This document shows, one piece after another, positions 48,710-59,366 of a stretch of DNA of 64,000 bases. Location of the stretch: the IMG/VR virus record IMGVR_UViG_3300009104_000005. The stretch is one strand, 5' to 3'. This DNA comes from an uncultured virus (IMG/VR IMGVR_UViG_3300009104_000005). Its lineage: Duplodnaviria > Heunggongvirae > Uroviricota > Caudoviricetes. The notes below the pieces were generated by a model. That model was not told where the DNA came from, made no database searches, and saw only the letters and a program-made list of their open reading frames with translations. A program made the translations under genes and the position numbers. Position 1 is the stretch's first letter. The number at the start of each line of letters is the position of its first letter.

Positions 48710-48868
48710 TCAGGTGGCAACCACAACATAGATATTTCCACCAGCCATATAACTGGTGATACCCTTAACATTGGCAATGCTGTCTAGCACCTCGACTATC
48801 GACCCAGTCGATGTTGCGTCTAGGTTTCTAGCCTGGTCAGGTGTAAACTCGTATACCGCTATACCCAT
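48710..48868 (-). CDS. 52-aa hypothetical protein (MGIAVYEFTPDQARNLDATSTGSIVEVLDSIANVKGITSYMAGGNIYVVVAT)
   Basis: Manual translation. GGGGTGA RBS; fills the gap between neighbours. Confidence 0.65.
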   Translation of the reverse strand: MGIAVYEFTPDQARNLDATSTGSIVEVLDSIANVKGITSYMAGGNIYVVVAT

Positions 48869-48883
48869 GGGGTTTCACCCCCA

Positions 48884-49150
48884 TCAGCCACGGCGGCCCA
48901 TTGCCCACCAAGTGCCATCATCGCCTGCTGCATACTTCAGATTCAAGGTAGTGCTCCCTGAGGTATAGTGCACCTCAGAAGGGCTCCCGTCACTGGTAGC
49001 ATTCAGTCCTGCTGCGACAATTTCAGTTAGGTGGGAAGACAAATCTATGGTTCCCGTAGTGCCACTGGCATCTTCTGTGAAGGTGCCGAATAGCAGATGT
49101 AGGTTGCCTATTACTGTCGGTCTCTGGTCTATTGTTGATGTAAGTGCCAT
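48884..49150 (-). CDS. Small virion protein (possible capsid decoration)
   Basis: Beta-rich 88-aa ORF downstream of MCP; GGAGGA RBS. Confidence 0.6.
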   Translation of the reverse strand: MALTSTIDQRPTVIGNLHLLFGTFTEDASGTTGTIDLSSHLTEIVAAGLNATSDGSPSEVHYTSGSTTLNLKYAAGDDGTWWAMGRRG

Positions 49151-49154
49151 CTAA

Positions 49155-49490
49155 TCATTCCTCCTCTGTTGTAACCCCTGGTGTCAAAACCTCGGTGACC
49201 ATCTCGAGCATTCGCGCTTTAGTAGTGCGAATGGTTGAGACTTCCACCCCATTGCTCTCTAGCCAGATTTTGATGTCAGCCTTCAACCAGTCTTCGTCTG
49301 GTAGGCCGTCACCATCATCTTGGGTAAAGAGAACTCCGGGGTAGTCGTCTTCTATCTCAAATCGGTCATCGAAGAAACCTCGACGCTCATCCAACCACTC
49401 TTGGGTGACAGCCACTGGTGTGTGTCTGTCATAATATCCGTACTTAGTACGAATAGACCTTGTAGGGCCTCTCCAATGTAGTGTTGGCAT
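49155..49490 (-). CDS. Hypothetical protein with HeH/LEM-like C-terminus
   Basis: WLKADIKIWLESNGVEV...TKARML; GGAGGTGA RBS. Confidence 0.6.
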   Translation of the reverse strand: MPTLHWRGPTRSIRTKYGYYDRHTPVAVTQEWLDERRGFFDDRFEIEDDYPGVLFTQDDGDGLPDEDWLKADIKIWLESNGVEVSTIRTTKARMLEMVTEVLTPGVTTEEE

Positions 49491-49505
49491 GCTGGGTCAC
49501 CTCCA

Positions 49506-49904
49506 TCAGTTATACAACACCATCACTGTGGTACTATTACTCGAACCACTTAGGTATTGTAAGGTCGCTGTCAGTCCTGTGAAGGATGCTCCGACTGCTA
49601 CTGCCGCCGTACCTGCATCTGTTGCCAGAACGCTCAGTATTGCCGTTGCACCGCCGCCGAGGATGATTGTCTCACCATCTGCTCCGCCTGTCACATTGAT
49701 TAGTGCCATCTTAGGCGCTGAGTCATAACCAGTTGAGCCATCGCTTTGGCGCGGCTTAAATGCAGTTAGACCACCCGGATATGCGTCAGCACCAGTGCCG
49801 CCGCCATCAAGCCATTCTTCAGTATCCTGAGAGCCTGCTCTCAATTCCCAGTTACCCACTAGGGTCGCTGTTGCTGTTCCTGTTAGTGTTAATTCGTTTG
49901 CCAT
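49506..49904 (-). CDS. Putative capsid decoration/cement protein
   Basis: Immediately follows MCP; strong GAGGTGA RBS; T/G/A-rich. Confidence 0.62.
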   Translation of the reverse strand: MANELTLTGTATATLVGNWELRAGSQDTEEWLDGGGTGADAYPGGLTAFKPRQSDGSTGYDSAPKMALINVTGGADGETIILGGGATAILSVLATDAGTAAVAVGASFTGLTATLQYLSGSSNSTTVMVLYN

Positions 49905-49936
49905 ATCATATCACCTCTGTTATCTCCCCATAAACC

Positions 49937-51085
49937 TCACTTAAGGTCACGGATAGAACCTCCTGCACCGAAGAAGGAATCCCAAACCTCACCCATGGTG
50001 CGGTAGAGCCCTTCCTGGCCTAGTCTGTTGATGGCGAACGGGTCGCCGGTTTCGATACCCGACTCGAAGTATTGGGTCGGTATAGCAGTCTGGAACCACA
50101 AGTAGTCCGTATCAAAGTAGTAAATCCTCGAAATACCATCAGTCACTACATCCTTGGATGGAATCAGTGGAACACCGTTGTAGGTAGCCACAATGAATCC
50201 GGCCTCGAGACCAGGCACACCCTTCACACCGTTGTAGGTGGGGGTGACCCTCTTCGATTCCATGAATCTCTGCTGGCTCTGTAGTAGTTGTTGCACACGC
50301 ATTAGGGTATCGTACCCAGTCAGCATGACCTTGGGGTTACCACCTCGAACCCAAATCTTCTGGAACAATCCGTCCAGTTGATTCAGGCTTAGGTTCCTGT
50401 TGGTCGCAGCAGTACTAGCATCACCACCCACATCTACCTCAGCGTTGTGGAACTCTGAATTCCCATCGCGTGTGATAGAGTATAGGTCGTGGTCTGTAGT
50501 AGCACTCACAGCAGTTTGGGTTGTCGTCATCACTGATGGGTCCGTAGTTATTCGGTCCAGTGACTCGAGGTCATTCCCTGCTGGAGTATCTACATCCTTT
50601 GTCAGCATTTGGTTGATATGGTCAGCGTGGTGCTTCCCCATCTCTTCCTTCAGTACTTGGCGTACATCTCCGAGACCATCGTCCTTATCAGAAAGGAACA
50701 TGGACACTTCGCTCAGGTCGAACGAGTGACCAATGGTCTTCGGCTTTGCGGCCACATGTAGGAAGTCAGGCTTCGTGGTTTCGGGCAGTGTGGCATTCTC
50801 AGCCAGACCTCCGCCAACATCAAACGAAGGCTTGGAGGTTATGATTCTCCACCCACTTCGCTCCCACGGCTTCTTCGGTAGAATGCTGAACGCGTTGAAC
50901 TCTTGGTTCAACTGCGACCAAACCTTCCTGCCGTAGATTGCCTGGTAGGTACCAGCCGTAGTGCTCAGAAGCGGTGCATCCGCCTTGAGTATGTCTCCAC
51001 TGCTGTATGTGTACCCAGTCAATGCGGTACCACCGTAGTAGTATCGCTCCATATCTTGTATTGTCCTTACATAATTACGCGCCAT
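49937..51085 (-). CDS. Major capsid protein (HK97 fold inferred)
   Basis: Follows the protease/scaffold gene. AIYGRKVWSQLNQE, LPKKPW..SGWR, KPKTI.H.F and YNGVPLI resemble halovirus/magrovirus-type MCPs. Confidence 0.9.
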   Translation of the reverse strand: MARNYVRTIQDMERYYYGGTALTGYTYSSGDILKADAPLLSTTAGTYQAIYGRKVWSQLNQEFNAFSILPKKPWERSGWRIITSKPSFDVGGGLAENATLPETTKPDFLHVAAKPKTIGHSFDLSEVSMFLSDKDDGLGDVRQVLKEEMGKHHADHINQMLTKDVDTPAGNDLESLDRITTDPSVMTTTQTAVSATTDHDLYSITRDGNSEFHNAEVDVGGDASTAATNRNLSLNQLDGLFQKIWVRGGNPKVMLTGYDTLMRVQQLLQSQQRFMESKRVTPTYNGVKGVPGLEAGFIVATYNGVPLIPSKDVVTDGISRIYYFDTDYLWFQTAIPTQYFESGIETGDPFAINRLGQEGLYRTMGEVWDSFFGAGGSIRDLK

Positions 51086-52488
51086 CAGTTATCACCCCTT
51101 AGAGCCGTATGTGCTAGTCGGTGGACATCGTCCCACGACAAGGCAGCCATCTCGGTTGTCTCAGGAATAGTTACTGTAGTCGTATCCTCTGACTTCTGGA
51201 AACTCTCTCCAGACTCAGTAGATATGTTCTCAATCCTGTCACTCAGGGCAAGAACTGCCTTCTGTAGGTCCTGAAGAGGACCACGGGCATCGAATGATGA
51301 CCTTTTGGTCTCATCCTGACTATCATTAATTTCTTTCTGCAATCTCAAGGAGAACTCATTACCAAGGTCTGTCTTGAACTGCTGCTCGAGAGCAGCGGCC
51401 TTGTAGACCTCATAAGCCTCCTCTATCTGGGATTGAGTAACCATCTCACGGTTGATGAATTCGTCGGTCTTGATAACCGTCTTATTACCACTTGGAGCGG
51501 AACCCATATTCATCTTGGGCCGCTTACTAGAGTCGTCCTCTCCAGCACCTTCAATACTACCTTGACCTCGGTGGTCGTAGCCATGGGCGCCTTCTTGGAG
51601 GTAAGCCTTCTCGACTCCCTCCTCTGTCTCAAAGTGACCGCGAGCAGCCGATGGGTCATACCCAGCGGACTTCACAGTCGACTCGAGCCACTGGAGGTAC
51701 TCTGTGGTAATCACATCGTCCATTTTCTCAGTTTTCTCAGAATCCTCAGACTTTTCGTCTTCGTTATCTTTCGCTACACTAGCCTTTTCTTTGTCTTCCT
51801 TGTCTGCATCTTCGTTAGCCTTCTCAGCCTTCTCATCTGCAGCCTTCAAGGCAGCCTCTGTCTCATCAACATCGTCTAGCCTCTTGGATAACCTCTCCAA
51901 GACATCTTGTAGTTCTGTCATCGCATCTGTCATTTTTTCACCTTTTTCTATATTTTCAGTTTTATCCTCTTTGAGGATTCGGAATTGGGCCTCCGGGTTG
52001 ATGCCCTTCTCGCAGATGGTAACTTCATGCAGTTCCATTCTGCGTATTTCTCGGTAATCTCCTCTCTCGGAGTTACTCTTGTTGACACGCTCAAAAGCCT
52101 GCCCACCTATTGAAAATGATTTGAGGTTACCCTTACGGATTTCTGCAGCCACCTCTCGGGCCTTCTCTATGTCATCACGGAGTTGAATAACTACAAACAT
52201 GCCAGTATCATCTACCTCTGACTTCCACACTCGACCACTACTGTCTGAATATTCAGGAATGACGCTCCCCACTTGGATGTTGGAATGTGCTAGTTGCACA
52301 TTCCTAAACCCTGGAGAACCCATGAATTTCTTGAATGCTTCTCGGAGTGCTTCCTTGGTTATCAGGTCACCTTGTTTGTCAACCATTTCAACCGAGGCAT
52401 AGCCAGCAACAACTAGGTCCCCAGTCCTACCTTTGATGAGGATAGGATTGTCTAGCGGTGCTTCCATCATGAGCATTATCCGAAGCAC
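51085..52488 (-). CDS. Prohead protease with C-terminal scaffold-like region
   Basis: VAGYASVEMVDKQGD, QLAHSNIQVG, KSFSIGG, EVTICEKGINPEA (HK97-type protease), then an acidic coiled-coil tail. Start probably about 52476. Confidence 0.9.
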   Translation of the reverse strand: MLRIMLMMEAPLDNPILIKGRTGDLVVAGYASVEMVDKQGDLITKEALREAFKKFMGSPGFRNVQLAHSNIQVGSVIPEYSDSSGRVWKSEVDDTGMFVVIQLRDDIEKAREVAAEIRKGNLKSFSIGGQAFERVNKSNSERGDYREIRRMELHEVTICEKGINPEAQFRILKEDKTENIEKGEKMTDAMTELQDVLERLSKRLDDVDETEAALKAADEKAEKANEDADKEDKEKASVAKDNEDEKSEDSEKTEKMDDVITTEYLQWLESTVKSAGYDPSAARGHFETEEGVEKAYLQEGAHGYDHRGQGSIEGAGEDDSSKRPKMNMGSAPSGNKTVIKTDEFINREMVTQSQIEEAYEVYKAAALEQQFKTDLGNEFSLRLQKEINDSQDETKRSSFDARGPLQDLQKAVLALSDRIENISTESGESFQKSEDTTTVTIPETTEMAALSWDDVHRLAHTALRGDN

Positions 52489-52497
52489 ATCTTCTTA

Positions 52498-52508
52498 TGG
52501 TATATGAA
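52498..52508 (-). promoter_or_regulatory. Putative TATA-like late promoter (TTCATATACC) for protease-MCP genes
   Basis: About 25-30 nt upstream of ATG 52476 in a short intergenic gap. Confidence 0.4.
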
Positions 52509-55500
52509 TCACACGGAAGAATTTGTATGATAATCTTGAGAAACAGTCAAATGGTCAGCCTTCTTCTTCTTCTTGGCTGGGTGTGCATCAGGGCAGTCCT
52601 CCATCTTGTGACCCATACCCTGTTTGCACTCGTCTCCTTTCTCAGCACCACACCAACACGCCTTAGGTTCAGACTGTCTAGCAGCAGGGTCATGGTCAGG
52701 TAAATCGTATGGTTCAGTTACCTTGGTAGGGCCACGAGGAGACTCAACTGGAGTTGCATAATCAATACCTAGAGCCTTGGGTCCAGTCATAGTGACCTTC
52801 TCTTTCAACATACCCTCAACTGCCTCAAGAGCCACTACCACAGTTTTCACAACTTCAGGGTCTTTCAACAACCTATCCTTCTTAGGGATGACCTTCTTTG
52901 GCTTCTTATCGTGGTTAGCAGGAGGTTCCGGCTCTATGTCTTCCTTCTCACTCTCTCTCTCTGAGCGCAACAACACAGCAGCCAATGGTGACCAATAATC
53001 CATCTGACTCTCAACTATTCTCAGTGTATAGTCATCAGGGGTGTCCACCGCTTTCAGGGCAAAAGCATTACCATAAGGTTCAGTATCATATACTACATGG
53101 CCACTAGGTACTTCGATATGTATGGACCCTTTCTTAATCCTGACTTTGTGAGGTATGTTCCCTTCTTGTCTGTTACGCAAGATGTCTAGAGTCTCTACAC
53201 TATCAGTAGCACCACCCTCACAGTCTTTCACATACCTAGGAGCGTTGAGACGATAGACAGAATATCCTCTGCGAACAGAATGAGAGATACCTGATGTTTT
53301 AACAGTGACATACATACCCTCCTCCAGCCCAGAACGGGATATAGTACCAACATCCATGTAGTAGTCACCATCATATTTGACCCCTCTATTACCAATAGCC
53401 TTGCCATCTTCATCATAAAGTGGACCTATACCCACTAGATGACTATCATCACTGGAGGAAGAAATTATCAACACATCAACATGCTGGTCGGGAGTAAGCA
53501 TCACCCACTTAGGATGTCTAGTCTCCCCTCTCATGTAGGTAGATTCAGCATCTCTGAGAAGAATCTGTTTCACCTTAGGCTCTTTGAGCAAGTCCTTAAC
53601 CGCTCTCTTCAGACCTTCTCCATCCACTCTCTTGGTATTCACAGGCGCAGGTGTAACAACTCTCTCAGTAGACTCGAAATGAGCACGAAGATGTCTAACC
53701 CTATCCTTAGTAGCACGATTGCATAAGTCATCATCTTCACACTCTAACAAGTCTACTATATGCAAACTATCTTCATCCCATATAGCGTCCACTAGGAAGT
53801 CCTTATCATGGGCCTCCACTACCCCCCTCTTGACTTCATTGGGTAGAGAAACAGCCTTACCCTCAGAATTCCTAGCCTTGACCTTCTTCCCCTTCTTCTC
53901 CACGATTACTCGAGTGCCGTCAGCCCAAGAAGTCACAACCCAATCATCAGAAAAGCCCCTCAGATACTCTAAATCATCCAGTTCAAAAATACGGTGCATG
54001 GCTTTAACTGGGACAGGCTTCCCTTTATCTCTGTCCTCCTCCTTCAGAAGAAGGTCCACATCAGTGAGAACATCTAGGGAGGTAAGCAATGGGTCACCTT
54101 CAGCGAGACGAGTATCGGCCTCCACTTGAGGATTTGGTTTGTTCATACATAAATCCTGCCCAAAGGCAGAATTGATTACCCCTACATCATAATTACGAAA
54201 GCGAGCATTGAACACCTCTCCAGTATTTGAGTAGGCATGGTCCTTCTCATACTGGGTAATTGTTGGTCTATCTCTAGAAGGGTCATCCCATGGGCCACTT
54301 ACACCAATATCGAAAGCGTTCTCTTCAGCACCCCTCATGGTACTAGGGGCTTTGGTAGACTCATTACGAGACCCTACATTCAACCTAAAGTGTATTGGTT
54401 TGGCATCACCATACAGATGCTGACCATGAACACCAGTCATATCCGGAAGCCACAGACCCCCATAATGCTCTTCATTGGGGCGAGTACCGTCTTTATTCAA
54501 CTCAACATCGTCCCCAATGATAGCCGGACGAGGTTTCCTAATGCTCCAAGGCTTTATTTCATAATCATCATTGACAGGGGCTTTTAGGAAAAGTAACCTG
54601 GTATACTCACGAGTCAAATCACCTCTATCATCTAAGTCCAGTTTATCATGAGGTCTGTGTTCAGGTAGTAAATCATCCTTCTTCAAATCCCGTATGATTA
54701 GTTTCATGACAGGCTGGAGGGCAGTCAATAGATTATTGAAATTGATGGCCTCCTCTGGTAATTTGGTAACCTCTGTAAGATGGTCACGCAAATCTAATGC
54801 CATTTTGGCCCTAAGTCCTCTCCTAGCCAACTCTATGTTCTTAGCCTTCTTACTAGGAGTAGCGAATTTATTGTCACCCTCTTTGATGTAATGGATGGGG
54901 TCCCAATCTGGGTCCTCAGAATCTTGAGTACCGAGATGGTGTTGTGCCACCCTGATGTTAGCCCTGTGCTCATTACCCTTACCAGTCTGAGTAAGTTCAG
55001 ATACTCGAGGCTCTACTGGTTGCTTTCTACCTGTATCATATAACTTCCCAAACAACGAAAAATGAGCATCAATAGCCTTTCTCAATGCATCTGCCATCTC
55101 TGGGTTGTCTCTCTCTTCAGCCCAATACTTATGAGTGTAGGAACGCAATAGATTCAAACCTTCAACATCTCTACCCTTACCTTCGTTGTAAGCATCATTG
55201 AAGGGGTGCTGGTTATCAATTTCTTCAGATAATCCCCAATGTCCGAAGTCGTATCGTGTATCACTATCTAGACCTGGGTGGAGAAAAGCCTCTCTTTCTT
55301 TATCAGTGAATTTGAACCCTTGTCTCTCAAGATGATGCAATAACTGGGGTCTACTCTCTATATGCGAGGAGTCTGCATACTTCGCGGCCTGGTCTATGAG
55401 ATAACAAAGGTGAGCATATTTTGTACTATCACTACCTATATCTGCTGGGTCCCCCGTCTGTTGAAGGTAGTTGTCTATGAAATGCTTCAACTTGTATTCA

Positions 55501-58500
55501 GCCCTATCCTCATCAGTGAAAGAGTCACCTAGATAGTGGTCAAAACCTTCAGGTTCATGCTCTGAAGCGACTCTGGCTATCAAGATTGGGAGCACTGCTT
55601 TGATTGCTTGCTGTCTATCACCAACAGCCCTAATCAATAACTCATGCCCCCTAGCAATATCGTCTGACTGCTCTACCTTCTCTTGAGGTACTGGCATCTT
55701 AGGTGCTATCTCACCAGCCTTACGACGCAATTCTAGTATTTCCCTAGGGTCATTATCAGGATTCCTCCCCAATAGCATTGCATAGTCATCTTTCATCTTA
55801 GCAGGGTGCTCTCCGATGAAATATGATTTTCCCCCATCCTCTATGACACAGTCAGGCTTCTCTTCCCCCTCTCTTATGGGTATAACCATCCAAGGACTAT
55901 CTTCTAGTTCTCTGTCCTCGTAAGTACCCCATATATTGAACGGTCTATTCCATTGGGGAGAACCTTTCAACTTCTTGGGGCAAGGGGTGGCTTTGTCAGG
56001 TATGTCAAGCATTCTGACATTGTACCCCTCATCCTTCTTCAGAGATATCCTATATTCCACCTCCCCTTCGTCATTGGTGGTCTTCTCGATAGGATAGAGG
56101 TACTTACCGTCAGTGACCTCACGGTGGTCTCTCCAATTAGTCTCATCAGTGAACAGACCCAAATGGCCAGCCAAACTACCTTCACTATGAGGATGTTTTT
56201 GGCTTTGTAACCATTCATCATATCTATGGAGCCATTTATCACCCCACTCCTGAGGCTTATCTACAACTAGGTGATTTTTCCCTTCATGCTCAAACTCCCA
56301 AGCAGGTGTGGAACCATGACCCAACAGAGCCGAGAGCAGTAAACCTGACTGACCCGCTTCGAGACCCTTGTTGGTATGAACCCCTGCACGATTAGCAACA
56401 GAGTGTGTTAGACCACCACCTCTATTACCATGAACAGGGTCTCTAGTTGAATCCCCAACACCAAGCCTAGCGTAGTCTTTACCGTGGGCCATATTCACCA
56501 ACATATGTCTGATAACCCTAATTGGGAGAGTAGCACCTCTTATGAGATGGGGTAAGATGGCCCCACTTTTCTTATTTGAGCCTCTCAAGATAGTAGCAAC
56601 TCCTCCCATCCTACGAATACCATCAAGCCTTCTATCTTCCATCTCTTTCAAGTCAAACAAAGCATCCTTAGTCTCGTCACTAATCTTCTTACCCTTGGAT
56701 TGTAAACTCGAGACCAATTTTTCATGGGGCGATAACACTCCTATCTCTGACGCGTTTCTGAGGAATACAGCGTCCCTCAGACCGAAAATGTGTGGGAGTA
56801 ACCTGAATATCCTTTCACTGCCGGCCCTTCTACCATGAGGATTAGTACTCTCATCGAACAGTCTAGCCTTGTATTGGGATGAGCGCTCATCGTTCGTAGA
56901 GATATTGAATGAATCAGCCCTCTCTGGTGAGTCCGGTTTTATACCCTCATCCTTCTCTTCTTGGAGTAACTCCCCCATCCGAAACTGCAGTACTCTACTA
57001 ATCAACTCCTCTTTGGATAAATCCAAATCCTCCAAATGACCATAAGATTTGTCAAAGACCGATTTCAGTGTATCACCCATGATATCCTTTCTCAGGTAAG
57101 CATCAATCTCATGGGCTAGTAGAGACATATTTTTGAGACCAAGGCCTTGCCAAGCCTTAGGAGTAGCACTATTACCAATCCCCCTGAGCCAATCTCTGTA
57201 TTCCGGACTATCTATTTCTGGAGGTTTAGTATTGTAAGTATCAAAAAGTATCAAATCTCTGTTTGAAATTGTCTCCCCCATCCAAGGTGCTAGACAAAAC
57301 ACTATTTCTCCTATATCAGGGCCTTCTAGATTGTAACCAGTATGACCTAGACTAGCATGCCAAAGCCAAGTAGGGCTTCTTTCTCGACTAGTAACTTCCT
57401 CATGAGGGGCAGGACCTTCCCCCTGTACTAAGGGTTCTACAGCGAAATACTCATGAGCAGCGTTTCTCAGGTAAGACAGAGCCATACCCCTAATGAAACC
57501 ATCAGGGTCTTCATGTAACCAGTGCCGAAATCTATGCACAGCACTTGCTTGGTATTTGGGAGGGATAAAAGGGACACATTTCTCCCTGAACTCGTCCATC
57601 GGTGGCTTGTCGAAATCCCAGTTAGCAGGGACTCCATTCCTATCATCCCACTCTAACCCCTCTGTTGATTTAACATGAGCCGCTATACTCTTGGCCTTAG
57701 CCCTAATATGCTGATATAGACTGTCATACCCTGTCAAATCCGTTTTCTTCTTCAACCACTCAGGGTCCATCTGTATGGCATGGGCTTTGGCAAGACCAGC
57801 AGAAATGATGCTTCTTCTCATATTAGCCCCTGTGTCAAACACAGGTGGTAAGAAGCCCCTGTTACTGGTAGTATGAGCCATAAGATTCTGAGCGATTGCC
57901 GACCAATTTCTACTAAAGGCAGTGTGCATATGGTCCAGCAACTCATCAATTCTCATTTTACCCATATGCTCGTCTCTGGAATCATGCCTCTCTTGGAAGT
58001 CCTTCTCTATGTCATGGTCAGGGTCGTTAACAGCATATCCTAGGAACTCTGCCATAGCATACTGTCTTGCTTCTGGGTCTCCAAATTGAAGGCCTAGAAG
58101 ATAAGGGAACAGGCCTACACGGTCATGTGCTTCGTCTCTCATTCTACGGAACTCTGTATCCATCAACAATTGCGACCTACTATATCTCTCATTGACAGTC
58201 CCATCTGGGTTGAGTAATTGTGTGGCTATGTAATCATCATGCTTTGACCCTATGTCAGACTCTAGAATAAACCAATCAGAGAAGAGTCTCCGTTTTGCTT
58301 TCTCACTCAATTCACTACTAATGTGGGGTTCAATTTTATTTGACCATCTTTCATAAGATTCTTCCACCACTCTACTCCAGGTGTCAGAAGAAGGTAATTC
58401 ATCCCCAACCACATTTCCCTTCCTATCTATGGCCCTGTGGTAATCTAAATGAGTATCTGTCCTTTTACCGGTTGCATATTTCAGACTCCTGCCTTTACTC

Positions 58501-59348
58501 TCCAGATTCTTCTGGGTAACTTTCTTATCTACCTTTTTCACAAAATGGTGAGAATCAGGGTCGAGGAACTCAGAGTGGAAATTGAAAAATGAATCTGAAT
58601 CTTCTGAAGTAGGCCTGAAATCACTGAATATCCCTAAAGCCTGTATTGGGTCAGCCATCTTATCATCCTCAGGGGGATGAGGTCTTCCTGTCATAATCCT
58701 GACATAGTCACCATAAGTTATCCCATTACCATTGGGAATCAACTCATCACCCTTCTCCTTCAACTCATCAGGGGTATACTCATGAAGCACTCGGTAGGTA
58801 TTTCTGATATCCTGCGCTGTCATGTTCTGAACTTTACCATCAGCATCAGTGTATCGGAACAACGATTGAATATCGAAATGCCTACTGGGGATTATTGGGG
58901 AATTGCTTTGCCCAGCCTCTCTAGTGCCCGGCATCCTCTTAGCACTGTAAAATTCCTGAGTCTCATTTGGTAAGGGCCTCCCCTCGGAATCGTATCCTGC
59001 TTGCTTAGGGGGAGCCGTCTTCTGTTCAACCAACATTGGTGTAACCCCGACTCTGGAACCCTTAGGCCCCTCACCCTCATCAAACCTGCTATGGGCCTGT
59101 CTGAGCCTCTGGAGTCTCTTCTCCCTAGCAGTCAATCCTCTGATTTCTTCAGGTGAGATTTCCGGTTTTTCAGTTTCTGGCCCTACCCGTTCTAGGGCTT
59201 TCTCAAGAATATCATCCCATTCAACATCTAGGCCATGGTTGGCCATATTTCTGATAGCGAAGAAAAGGTCAGCAGCGGCTTCATCATCTAGAGTCTGTTG
59301 ATAGCGTGCCTTGCTGCTTAGGAAATATTCCTTGGGGCCTTCACGCAC
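52509..59348 (-). CDS. 2279-aa head-module protein with C-terminal degenerate ATP-dependent DNA ligase-like domain
   Basis: Ligase-like motifs in order (WVVTSWADGTR, LVDAI, HIVDLL, QILLRD, Y.RG....KWV) followed by an OB-like region. The N-terminal ~1750 aa are unrecognised. Confidence 0.75.
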   Translation of the reverse strand: MREGPKEYFLSSKARYQQTLDDEAAADLFFAIRNMANHGLDVEWDDILEKALERVGPETEKPEISPEEIRGLTAREKRLQRLRQAHSRFDEGEGPKGSRVGVTPMLVEQKTAPPKQAGYDSEGRPLPNETQEFYSAKRMPGTREAGQSNSPIIPSRHFDIQSLFRYTDADGKVQNMTAQDIRNTYRVLHEYTPDELKEKGDELIPNGNGITYGDYVRIMTGRPHPPEDDKMADPIQALGIFSDFRPTSEDSDSFFNFHSEFLDPDSHHFVKKVDKKVTQKNLESKGRSLKYATGKRTDTHLDYHRAIDRKGNVVGDELPSSDTWSRVVEESYERWSNKIEPHISSELSEKAKRRLFSDWFILESDIGSKHDDYIATQLLNPDGTVNERYSRSQLLMDTEFRRMRDEAHDRVGLFPYLLGLQFGDPEARQYAMAEFLGYAVNDPDHDIEKDFQERHDSRDEHMGKMRIDELLDHMHTAFSRNWSAIAQNLMAHTTSNRGFLPPVFDTGANMRRSIISAGLAKAHAIQMDPEWLKKKTDLTGYDSLYQHIRAKAKSIAAHVKSTEGLEWDDRNGVPANWDFDKPPMDEFREKCVPFIPPKYQASAVHRFRHWLHEDPDGFIRGMALSYLRNAAHEYFAVEPLVQGEGPAPHEEVTSRERSPTWLWHASLGHTGYNLEGPDIGEIVFCLAPWMGETISNRDLILFDTYNTKPPEIDSPEYRDWLRGIGNSATPKAWQGLGLKNMSLLAHEIDAYLRKDIMGDTLKSVFDKSYGHLEDLDLSKEELISRVLQFRMGELLQEEKDEGIKPDSPERADSFNISTNDERSSQYKARLFDESTNPHGRRAGSERIFRLLPHIFGLRDAVFLRNASEIGVLSPHEKLVSSLQSKGKKISDETKDALFDLKEMEDRRLDGIRRMGGVATILRGSNKKSGAILPHLIRGATLPIRVIRHMLVNMAHGKDYARLGVGDSTRDPVHGNRGGGLTHSVANRAGVHTNKGLEAGQSGLLLSALLGHGSTPAWEFEHEGKNHLVVDKPQEWGDKWLHRYDEWLQSQKHPHSEGSLAGHLGLFTDETNWRDHREVTDGKYLYPIEKTTNDEGEVEYRISLKKDEGYNVRMLDIPDKATPCPKKLKGSPQWNRPFNIWGTYEDRELEDSPWMVIPIREGEEKPDCVIEDGGKSYFIGEHPAKMKDDYAMLLGRNPDNDPREILELRRKAGEIAPKMPVPQEKVEQSDDIARGHELLIRAVGDRQQAIKAVLPILIARVASEHEPEGFDHYLGDSFTDEDRAEYKLKHFIDNYLQQTGDPADIGSDSTKYAHLCYLIDQAAKYADSSHIESRPQLLHHLERQGFKFTDKEREAFLHPGLDSDTRYDFGHWGLSEEIDNQHPFNDAYNEGKGRDVEGLNLLRSYTHKYWAEERDNPEMADALRKAIDAHFSLFGKLYDTGRKQPVEPRVSELTQTGKGNEHRANIRVAQHHLGTQDSEDPDWDPIHYIKEGDNKFATPSKKAKNIELARRGLRAKMALDLRDHLTEVTKLPEEAINFNNLLTALQPVMKLIIRDLKKDDLLPEHRPHDKLDLDDRGDLTREYTRLLFLKAPVNDDYEIKPWSIRKPRPAIIGDDVELNKDGTRPNEEHYGGLWLPDMTGVHGQHLYGDAKPIHFRLNVGSRNESTKAPSTMRGAEENAFDIGVSGPWDDPSRDRPTITQYEKDHAYSNTGEVFNARFRNYDVGVINSAFGQDLCMNKPNPQVEADTRLAEGDPLLTSLDVLTDVDLLLKEEDRDKGKPVPVKAMHRIFELDDLEYLRGFSDDWVVTSWADGTRVIVEKKGKKVKARNSEGKAVSLPNEVKRGVVEAHDKDFLVDAIWDEDSLHIVDLLECEDDDLCNRATKDRVRHLRAHFESTERVVTPAPVNTKRVDGEGLKRAVKDLLKEPKVKQILLRDAESTYMRGETRHPKWVMLTPDQHVDVLIISSSSDDSHLVGIGPLYDEDGKAIGNRGVKYDGDYYMDVGTISRSGLEEGMYVTVKTSGISHSVRRGYSVYRLNAPRYVKDCEGGATDSVETLDILRNRQEGNIPHKVRIKKGSIHIEVPSGHVVYDTEPYGNAFALKAVDTPDDYTLRIVESQMDYWSPLAAVLLRSERESEKEDIEPEPPANHDKKPKKVIPKKDRLLKDPEVVKTVVVALEAVEGMLKEKVTMTGPKALGIDYATPVESPRGPTKVTEPYDLPDHDPAARQSEPKACWCGAEKGDECKQGMGHKMEDCPDAHPAKKKKKADHLTVSQDYHTNSSV

Positions 59349-59366
59349 ACCATCACCACCGCCTTA

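Noticed and set aside
52509..59348. Active DNA ligase or virion RNA polymerase
   Set aside because: The ligase catalytic Lys and other motifs are substituted, and no convincing RNA polymerase catalytic motif was recognised.
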